Both the position numbers and the translations under genes were made by a program. From Candidatus Nomurabacteria bacterium (GTDB taxonomy: Bacteria; Patescibacteriota; Minisyncoccia; Phycocordibacterales; SBAW01): a DNA stretch of 64,000 nt. A model generated the notes under the pieces. The model saw only the letters and a list, made by a program, of their open reading frames with translations. It had not been told where the DNA came from and ran no database searches. This document shows, in pieces, positions 18,973-26,188 of this stretch (within the stretch, counting starts at the first letter, position 1; each line of letters begins with the position of its first letter). The stretch is taken from NCBI GenBank assembly GCA_943349945.1, contig CALQZS010000001.1:130803-194802 (forward strand), read 5' to 3'.

Positions 18973-19445
18973 TTAGCGTTTGCTTCGAGTTTTTCTTCGC
19001 TGTATATACCAGTACACATAGAGAGAAAGTAGAAGGATTATATTCGGAATAAATATGATTGGTTGACCCCAGGATATTCCATTGATATGGAAGTCTGAAA
19101 TCGGCCACAAAAAAGGCGTTGGGAAAAAGGCAAAATCGTGTGTAGGTATATCAACTAAAATATGAAGTGGCCACGCGAGCGTAAGCTTGGCAAAATGCTT
19201 TTTGCCAAGAATAACGCATAAACGACCAAGCTATGAGTAATACCATAGACGGTGAAGACGTACGGCGGAATCGTTTCTAAGCTTGGCCGACCCATTGCGC
19301 CACCAGAAACTAGATTTATTATAAAAAGAGGCGCGAACGCCAAGAGGTCTGGCCCTATACCAAAGAGAAATGCAGTCACATAATCCCGCCTGCGCATGCG
19401 ACCAAATGCAACACCTCCATATAATCCGTGAGAGATAATGTCCAT
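18973..19445 (-). pseudogene. Membrane-bound metal-dependent hydrolase (DUF457/YdjM-like) split by a 1-nt frameshift
   Basis: The track ORF 19155..19445 stops at 19155. An adjacent frame continues open as ...KKHFAKLTLAWPLHILVDIPTHDFAFFPTPFLWP... to a stop at 18973-18975. The frames join at a homopolymer (T5 on plus, 19199-19203). Confidence 0.65.
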
Positions 19446-19473
19446 ACATTTATTATACTATTTGTATGTGAAA

Positions 19474-20934
19474 TTATTTTTTAGACAGATACTCCTTTGC
19501 AATTTTTAAATAATTTTCTTTTTTCTTTTTTTCCATCTTATCAAAAAGTCTCGGCATCATCGATAGTCGATGATTACTTGTGAAAAAGTCACGGTGACTA
19601 GCTATGAAATTCCAATACAGTGCAGTCCACTTCTCTTCCCAATCGCCACCAGTATAATCTGACATTTTTTTAATGTAATTGCTACCCGAGATATATGGTT
19701 TGGTAGCAAAAATACCACCATCAGCGAACTGACTCATCCCATATACATTTGGTACCATTACCCAATCATACGCATCAACATACATTGCCATAAACCATTG
19801 ATACACATAATCGGGATTAACCTGAGAAAGCAACATAAAGTTACCGATAACCATCAATCGTTCGATATGATGATTGTATCCATAGTGCAGAGCTTTCTTG
19901 ATAGCGCTGTCGACCGGAGCAATACCAGTATCTCCAGTCCAAAATCCTATTGGCAAGTTGCGGGAATGTTTCCAAAAATTCTTCGTGCGCATGACGGCAC
20001 CATCACACTCATAGGAAGCGCGCATAAACTCACGCCACCCAATGATCTGTCGTACAAAACCTTCGAGTGAATTTATAGGTATAGCGTGAGTATCTGCATA
20101 TACTATTGCACTATCGATTACCTGCCTTGGGTCGAGCAATCCAATATTTATGAGAGCTGACAATGTAGAATGAAAAAGCCGTACGCTTTTCGTAGAAAGC
20201 GCGTCCTCATACACACCAAAATCTGCAAAGCGGTCTTCTAAAAATACCTGCAAAAATTTTTTGGCATCCTTGTGTGTATATGGTAGCCAGCAGGCTATCT
20301 CTCCATATTTTTCAGCTTGTATTGTATCGAGCCACTTCTTCATTTTTGATACATCAAAATCATTTTCAAAAACAGTATCCTTGGGGAGAGTTGTATCTCG
20401 AGCAAGTTTTTTTCGATTGTCTGCATCAAAGCTCCACGCTCCCCATCTGGGCTTTCCATGTCCGTCCATCAAGATACCCAAGTCCACTCGAATTTTCTTG
20501 TAGAACATCGCCATATTTTTCTTTGAGCTTTTGTATCTTGCTATTGATTCCTCCTTTGGCAAAATAAAAAGTGGTGACTCATACCAAACCCGCTTTATCT
20601 TGGAAGCTGTTATAGCCCGCTCCAAATAGAAGTCAGTAGTATCGACAATATGAAGTTCTTGTATCCCTTCTTTTTTTAAATAATCAAAAATATCTTTCGT
20701 CTTCGGATACTGTTCAATCGTCAGGCATTTTACTTTGTACCCCTCTTTTTTCAAAAGCTCTGCATATGCGCCCATACTTAATTTGTGCAAAATTAGCTTT
20801 TGATAATGAATGGGGTTGTGCGACAGAATCAAGGGCTCTTCAATCAAAAAAATAATCCGTGCTTTTTGTATAGCCGGTGATTTTATAAAAAGTTGATGAG
20901 GATAGACCAATGTTGCTTCTTTCATAGTATTCAT
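19474..20934 (-). CDS. Cryptochrome/photolyase-family protein (photolyase-related, COG3046-like)
   Basis: 486 aa with an N-terminal LVYPHQLF start and a C-terminal W/Y-rich FAD-binding-like region. Confidence 0.7.
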   Translation of the reverse strand: MNTMKEATLVYPHQLFIKSPAIQKARIIFLIEEPLILSHNPIHYQKLILHKLSMGAYAELLKKEGYKVKCLTIEQYPKTKDIFDYLKKEGIQELHIVDTTDFYLERAITASKIKRVWYESPLFILPKEESIARYKSSKKNMAMFYKKIRVDLGILMDGHGKPRWGAWSFDADNRKKLARDTTLPKDTVFENDFDVSKMKKWLDTIQAEKYGEIACWLPYTHKDAKKFLQVFLEDRFADFGVYEDALSTKSVRLFHSTLSALINIGLLDPRQVIDSAIVYADTHAIPINSLEGFVRQIIGWREFMRASYECDGAVMRTKNFWKHSRNLPIGFWTGDTGIAPVDSAIKKALHYGYNHHIERLMVIGNFMLLSQVNPDYVYQWFMAMYVDAYDWVMVPNVYGMSQFADGGIFATKPYISGSNYIKKMSDYTGGDWEEKWTALYWNFIASHRDFFTSNHRLSMMPRLFDKMEKKKKENYLKIAKEYLSKK

Positions 20935-20937
20935 CTA

Positions 20938-21204
20938 TCAGGTTGATAGTATTAAAATCAAAATAGCGAAGTATACGATCAGATAAAAACGATAGAAATT
21001 AATCACCCGCAACTCTGCACTCTTCGTGCGCTGATGAAAGCCAAAAAGCACTTTGATCTCCTCCCAAAAAACGGGCTTTACATTAATCCACCAGCTATCA
21101 GTTTGATAGACCATCTTCCTAAATCGACTGCGAAACAATCCCAAAGGAAAACTCCAGATAAAAAACGCAACGATGGCAATCGTGTGTATGGTTATAGTAT
21201 CCAT
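20938..21204 (-). CDS. Hypothetical small membrane protein
   Basis: 88 aa with two hydrophobic segments. Its stop lies 3 nt upstream of the photolyase-like gene's start. Confidence 0.45.
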   Translation of the reverse strand: MDTITIHTIAIVAFFIWSFPLGLFRSRFRKMVYQTDSWWINVKPVFWEEIKVLFGFHQRTKSAELRVINFYRFYLIVYFAILILILST

Positions 21205-21325
21205 TTATGCCTCTTCAGTCCTTACTTCTATTATAAACTTTATTCTCTCAAGAGCTACCATTCCCTCCCCCTCCTTTTTGCGAACCTCGACCTTCAGGGG
21301 CAAAAGATACTTTGGCCATAAATTT

Positions 21326-22225
21326 TTACTCCACCGGACAGGTGTTTTTGCCCATCGCGGCGTAGAACCCACACCAGCTAAATATTGCTTCAAAGAATGC
21401 AAGGCCGGAGAAGAAGATGAGGATGGGGCTCCAGGTGGTGGTGATGGCCCATAGGAGCAATGCAATGCCAATGGCGAGGCGGACGAGTCGGTCGGACTTG
21501 CCGATATTTTTAGCAACTCCACGCACAGAGTTTTTAGCAACCTTTTTCAAAATCGCGCGGTAGACGAAGCCCACGATGAACGCAAGAATATATATAATGA
21601 CAATCAGTCCCCACCCAAAGGGCGAGAGGATAAAGCCGATTGGCGATTCGTTAAAAAAATCCTTTTTAATCTGCGGGATGAGCGTGAGTGCGTTTAAGCC
21701 TTCTTTGCCGTCAAACTTCTCTATCTCACCGATGGCGAGCGAGTACTTGCTGTCGTTGTTGGGGCTTGTCACACGGATCTCGTAGATGCCTACATCAGCA
21801 CGCGCTTTATACTCTGGTCCTTGCCAGTAGGTGTCGTAGCCAAATGGTTCAAAAAACTGTTTCCATGCAAATGTCGCGCCATCGAGCACGGCGATTTGCT
21901 TGCCGTCTTTTAGTACCACAGCGGAGACATCTTTCTTTTGCCCTGCAATGTCTGGCACCAAGACTCCGACATACAGATTAAACGCTTGCTTCGCATCTAT
22001 AGTATATACATCCGGCTCGCCCATGAGCTTGCCATAATATGCTTTGGAAACTTCGGGGTCAGTAACTGATGTAAGTCTATCCTCTGTAATTCGAGGCTGA
22101 TGTGCGGAAGCCAAGCTCGGAGTCAACGTAAATATAGAGACAAACAACGCAAGCAGCGTGAGTGATAGTAGTTTGGAATTTATGTTATATCCGAAAACGT
22201 TCAAGATGCACCTAGTATACAGCAC
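21326..22225 (-). CDS. Secreted/membrane protein with a C-terminal DUF2892 (YgaP-like) domain
   Basis: Signal peptide, an extracytoplasmic domain, TM segments, and a C-terminal ...RLAIGIALLLWAI...WCGFYAAMGKNTCP. Confidence 0.6.
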   Translation of the reverse strand: MLYTRCILNVFGYNINSKLLSLTLLALFVSIFTLTPSLASAHQPRITEDRLTSVTDPEVSKAYYGKLMGEPDVYTIDAKQAFNLYVGVLVPDIAGQKKDVSAVVLKDGKQIAVLDGATFAWKQFFEPFGYDTYWQGPEYKARADVGIYEIRVTSPNNDSKYSLAIGEIEKFDGKEGLNALTLIPQIKKDFFNESPIGFILSPFGWGLIVIIYILAFIVGFVYRAILKKVAKNSVRGVAKNIGKSDRLVRLAIGIALLLWAITTTWSPILIFFSGLAFFEAIFSWCGFYAAMGKNTCPVE

Positions 22226-22230
22226 CTAGT

Positions 22231-22599
22231 CTAGAAGTAAGGGATGAGTAAACTAAGTCCCTTCCCCATCAGAAAGCTGTATATCAGCAACCCAATGAAC
22301 GGTAGAGGCACCAGCCATAAAAACCATCTTGGATGGTCAGGTTTTTTTGAAAAAACCATGTACCAATTCAACGCAAATATAAGAGGTGTACAAATTGACA
22401 AGAGAGCACTTGTACCAAAACCGAGCAGTCCAAACACTTCCCCACTACTCCATACGAAAGAGTCGTCCTGCACAATAAACAAAAAGGCTACGCTCGACCA
22501 AACAACAGCTATTAGAAACACCTTTACTAAAAGCGCTTCGTAAATTCCAATAGCAGCCAAAACTATTTTTACAGGCGTGTTGATGGTGAATCTATGCAT
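22231..22599 (-). CDS. Hypothetical polytopic membrane protein
   Basis: The start at 22599 (MHRFTINTPVKIV...) was chosen because the longer track ORF would overlap a tRNA. Confidence 0.5.
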   Translation of the reverse strand: MHRFTINTPVKIVLAAIGIYEALLVKVFLIAVVWSSVAFLFIVQDDSFVWSSGEVFGLLGFGTSALLSICTPLIFALNWYMVFSKKPDHPRWFLWLVPLPFIGLLIYSFLMGKGLSLLIPYF

Positions 22600-22627
22600 G
22601 TAGGTAATTATATACCCATAACCGTTG

Positions 22628-22714
22628 CGGAGAGAGCGAGATTCGAACTCGCGGGCCCAATTAAGGGCCGACAGTTTAGTAAACTGTTGATTTAAACCAC
22701 TCATCCATCTCTCC
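22628..22714 (-). tRNA. Type II tRNA-Ser; anticodon reads ACU by hand folding
   Basis: Fold: GGAGAGA-TG-GAT-GAGTGGTTTAA-ATC-A-ACAGT-TTACTAA-ACTGT-C-GGCCC-TTAATT-GGGCC-C-GCGAG-TTCGAAT-CTCGC-TCTCTCC-G. It has a long variable arm and a G73 discriminator. Confidence 0.8.
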
Positions 22715-22926
22715 ATATATTCGCACTGCTCAAATGGAGCTGCTCGGCGCAGATCGATGGAATCGTGGTCGGCACATGGTGCCGGCTTGAGAAGAAGCAG
22801 TTCTTCTCTTCGCCCATCTCATCCATCTCTCCTTGCCCTTGAGGATACTACAGTATATAGAGGAGCTCAATTAAAGCCTTTTTGAGCGTGTAAAGTAGCC
22901 CCTATTATGGTACTGTGGCGTGTATT

Positions 22927-23011
22927 GGAGACGTGTCAGAGTGGTCGAATGTGCCTCCTTGCTAAGGAGGTAGGGCGCAAGCCCTCGTGGGTTCGAATCC
23001 CACCGTCTCCG
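22927..23011 (+). tRNA. tRNA-Ser (GCU)
   Basis: Acceptor GGAGACG...CGTCTCC, anticodon arm CCTCC-TTGCTAA-GGAGG, long variable arm, T arm GTGGG-TTCGAAT-CCCAC. Confidence 0.9.
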
Positions 23012-23298
23012 CAAAGCTAAATTTTGATATATTCTCCTATCTAAATTTTGCTTATGTGTGAACGGGAGAGGGATTCGAAGGACGGAAGAAAAGCTCTGGG
23101 AGAGCTTTTCTGAGTCGGGGTCGCGAGATTTTTCAGCAGAAAAATACTTGTGACCGAATCCCACTGTCCACAAATACTACGCGGCGTAGAATTGAGTCGA
23201 AGCCGAATCGTTTTAATCGTCTCCGCTTAGTTTTTTGTAGTGTTCTACTGTAGAGCATTTTATGTGGTATAAACAAGCCATATCATTAATTTTTTAAT

Positions 23299-23931
23299 AT
23301 GTCTCGACAAACGATATTAATATTAGTCCTTATTGTTTTGGTGGTTGGCGTAAGCGGGTATTGGTATTTTAGTCACCAAAGCAAGGTTACCGACGTACCT
23401 ACAGAGGTGGTTGCAACGACAAATACTACCCATGTAGAAGAAGTAAAGGTGGAAAATAATCGAAAAAGTGCCGTAACGTCTAATGGTTTGGAATTTGACC
23501 CGGCTAAGGTACAGCCCGGGGAAAAATTCGGTGCGTTTACAGTTATTGCTTCGAGCGCTTATACGATTGGCGATGAACACTCTTACTCAGTAAGTTTCAA
23601 AGGACCTGTAAATATCCAGGGTGTATTAAACAATTTTGAGCCTAGTATGTGTGGTGCAGTACTGGAGATTTCTACATCAACTTCCGAAACCTTGCCTAGA
23701 GTGAGCGGTGAAAAGGTGGGGAGCATGAATGTATACCTTGACCTAGATGGTTTGCCAGAGGCAGAGCGTGTTACTTATACGAGCGCCGGTTTTACAACCC
23801 CTTCCGGGCAACTACTCCAAGAGGGTGATGTGTTAGAAGTAACTGTTGATACGTTTTTGGCTTCGCACCAAGGGAAAGATTGTAGCGGCAAGAGGATACA
23901 GGTCACCTCATTTAAGAAGCTTTCTATCTAA
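23299..23931 (+). CDS. Hypothetical membrane-anchored extracytoplasmic protein
   Basis: N-terminal TM segment (ILILVLIVLVVGVSGYWYF); no motif recognised. Confidence 0.55.
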   Translation: MSRQTILILVLIVLVVGVSGYWYFSHQSKVTDVPTEVVATTNTTHVEEVKVENNRKSAVTSNGLEFDPAKVQPGEKFGAFTVIASSAYTIGDEHSYSVSFKGPVNIQGVLNNFEPSMCGAVLEISTSTSETLPRVSGEKVGSMNVYLDLDGLPEAERVTYTSAGFTTPSGQLLQEGDVLEVTVDTFLASHQGKDCSGKRIQVTSFKKLSI

Positions 23932-24075
23932 CTGCGCAGCAAAATAGAAAACTTCGCCTCAGTACATATTTGTGACCGAGTCTCACTCTCTCTCCGCCAT
24001 ACATATACAACTTTTTTAAGAGTTGATATCCGCATTGACAATATCAACTAAACAGTATAAACTGTTGACATTCAT

Positions 24076-25257
24076 ATGAGCAACATCAATAGACCAAAAA
24101 TAGGTCGCTACGTAGCCCAAAAAGAGGGGTTCAAATCCTTCACCCCTTATGACTTTCCACCCAAGGAAGGCTTTGTTATTAGTCCTAAATTGTATAAAAA
24201 ACTTGAGGATGCGATTCGACTAGTCGGCAAGCTTGACGGTATCACTCGCCTGCTACCCGACAAAGACTTCTTTCTTCTTATGTTCATCAAAAAGGACGCC
24301 GCCTATTCAAGTCAAATAGAAGGCACCAAAGCTACCCTACAGGATGCCGTGGCGGCACCAGTTACAGAAGAAAAATCACGTCGACATCCTGATGTAGATG
24401 ACATAGTCCATTATGTTGAGGCCGTAAACTATGGCATCAAACGAAGCGAGACACTCCCTATTTCTCTGCGGTTAGTACGAGAGATACACGAGAAGTTAAT
24501 GACAGGTGCACGCGCCACACAACATGCCTATCCTGGCGAATTTAGACGTTCCCAAAATTGGATTGGGGGTAAAATTCCTCAAGATGCCTCCTTTGTGCCA
24601 CCTGCGCCGCACGATATGGACAAATCACTGGATGATTTGGAAAAATTCATCCATGCAAAAGATGATTACCCCTCACTTATAAAAGCGGGTCTTTTGCATG
24701 CCCAATTCGAAACAATTCACCCATTTACAGACGGCAACGGACGTACAGGACGCATGCTTATTGCTATGTACATGCACCACACAAAACTTCTTGAATTACC
24801 TATATTGTATCTATCTAGTTACTTCAAAAAGTATCAAAAACTCTACTACCAAAAGCTTCAGAATTACCATGAGGAAGATTCCGATATAGAAGGTTGGCTA
24901 GAGTTCTTTCTTGAAGGTGTTGCTGAAATTGCTGAATCTTCAATCGAAACCTGTACTAATATCACAGCCCTTCGAGACCGAGACTTTGCGAAAATGCAAA
25001 AACTTGGCAAACAGTCTGCTGAATCAACACTCGAAGTGGTGCGCAAACTCTTCAGCCAACCAATAGTCGGGGTTGCAGAAATAATAAATTGGACTGGGTT
25101 TAGCCCACAAGGGGCGTACAACATGATTGAGCGACTTAAAGCTCTAGGAATTCTAGAGCCTCTTGGTGATGCAGAATATGGACAAAAATACATCTATGCA
25201 GACTACTACAGGCTCTTTGATGATACTTTTAATACAACAAAAGTAAGCAAAAAATAG
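24076..25257 (+). CDS. fic: Fic family AMPylase, class II (N-terminal inhibitory helix)
   Basis: Active-site HPFTDGNGRTGR and an N-terminal SSQIEG that fits the (S/T)xxxE(G/N) inhibitory motif; C-terminal wHTH-like tail. Confidence 0.9.
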   Translation: MSNINRPKIGRYVAQKEGFKSFTPYDFPPKEGFVISPKLYKKLEDAIRLVGKLDGITRLLPDKDFFLLMFIKKDAAYSSQIEGTKATLQDAVAAPVTEEKSRRHPDVDDIVHYVEAVNYGIKRSETLPISLRLVREIHEKLMTGARATQHAYPGEFRRSQNWIGGKIPQDASFVPPAPHDMDKSLDDLEKFIHAKDDYPSLIKAGLLHAQFETIHPFTDGNGRTGRMLIAMYMHHTKLLELPILYLSSYFKKYQKLYYQKLQNYHEEDSDIEGWLEFFLEGVAEIAESSIETCTNITALRDRDFAKMQKLGKQSAESTLEVVRKLFSQPIVGVAEIINWTGFSPQGAYNMIERLKALGILEPLGDAEYGQKYIYADYYRLFDDTFNTTKVSKK

Positions 25258-25258
25258 T

Positions 25259-25828
25259 ATGAAAAAACTCATCCTCGCTTCTACATCACCCCGACGCAAG
25301 GAGGTGCTCGAGAAAACAGGCCTATCGTTTGAGATTGTGCCAAGCGACTACGAAGAAGACATGACCCTCGACATGCCGCCCGAGGAGTTGGCCGAGTATC
25401 TTTCGGCTGGCAAGGCGCGGGCCGTTGCGGCCAAAAACCCAGGAGCCGTAGTTATTGCGGCCGACACCTTTGTAGTGCACGAGCATCATCGCCTGGGCAA
25501 GCCACACACCAACGAGCGCGCAAAAGAGATGCTAGAGATGCTCAGCGGCAAAGCACACTATATAGTAACCGGTGTGACTATTGTCGCTGGCGACCAAGTG
25601 TGCTCCTTCCACGAAAAGACTTCGGTGCACATGGCAGAGTTGTCGGAAGCGTTAATAGAGCAATATATAGCCACCGGCGAGCCACTCGACAAAGCTGGCG
25701 CCTATGCGCTGCAAGAGCTGGGCGCTATGCTTATAGAAAAAACAGAGGGTGACTTTTTTAATGCCATGGGCCTGCCGCTCCGCCGGCTTGTGCACGAGCT
25801 CCGGGCCTTTGGGGTGGAGGTTTTGTAA
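25259..25828 (+). CDS. maf: Maf-like nucleoside triphosphate pyrophosphatase
   Basis: The N-terminus LILASTSPRRKEVL and GAYALQELG are Maf signatures. Confidence 0.9.
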   Translation: MKKLILASTSPRRKEVLEKTGLSFEIVPSDYEEDMTLDMPPEELAEYLSAGKARAVAAKNPGAVVIAADTFVVHEHHRLGKPHTNERAKEMLEMLSGKAHYIVTGVTIVAGDQVCSFHEKTSVHMAELSEALIEQYIATGEPLDKAGAYALQELGAMLIEKTEGDFFNAMGLPLRRLVHELRAFGVEVL

Positions 25829-25927
25829 GACAGAACATAACCTCTTGCGGTACTTATAATGCATGGTACTGTATCGCCAGTAGCCGTGCGTATTCCATTA
25901 CCCACAAAAGTTGGAGAGGAACGATCC

Positions 25928-26149
25928 ATGAACAGCGCGCACATCTCCGGCTCGCAACACACTCCTACGACAGTAGGCGGGGGCACGCTCCACGACATCG
26001 CCGAGGACACGGTCTCATCTACCAACGACCCTTCCTTATTTCCTCGGTCTGTAACAGGCTCCACCTTCACCTGCGACCATGGAAATTGCGGGTGCATGGT
26101 GCAAATCGTGTTCAGGACGGTCACCCGAAACAACCCCTTCGACAACTGA
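25928..26149 (+). CDS. Hypothetical 73-aa protein
   Basis: GGAGAGG RBS 7-8 nt upstream of the ATG at 25928. The ORF ends just before the terminator at 26155-26187. C-terminal CDHGNCGC. Confidence 0.35.
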   Translation: MNSAHISGSQHTPTTVGGGTLHDIAEDTVSSTNDPSLFPRSVTGSTFTCDHGNCGCMVQIVFRTVTRNNPFDN

Positions 26150-26154
26150 CCCAC

Positions 26155-26187
26155 CGCCGGCCCACAAGCCGGCGTTTCTTTTTTTGT
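26155..26187 (+). terminator. Rho-independent terminator
   Basis: CGCCGGC-ccacaa-GCCGGCG followed by TTTCTTTTTTT. Confidence 0.8.
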
Positions 26188-26188
26188 A

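Noticed and set aside
21031-21060. A CTGATGA string (hammerhead core-like) at about 21031.
   Set aside because: It lies inside a coding region.

No helix II hairpin followed by GAAA and no helix I/III partners could be drawn.
22740-22845. A possible third type II tRNA on the minus strand starting GGAGAGATGGATGAG.
   Set aside because: After the 15-nt match the sequence folds into an 8-bp hairpin with a 4-nt loop (GAGAAGAA-CTGC-TTCTTCTC). There is no 7-nt anticodon loop, T arm or acceptor 3' strand.

It is treated as a tRNA 5' fragment.
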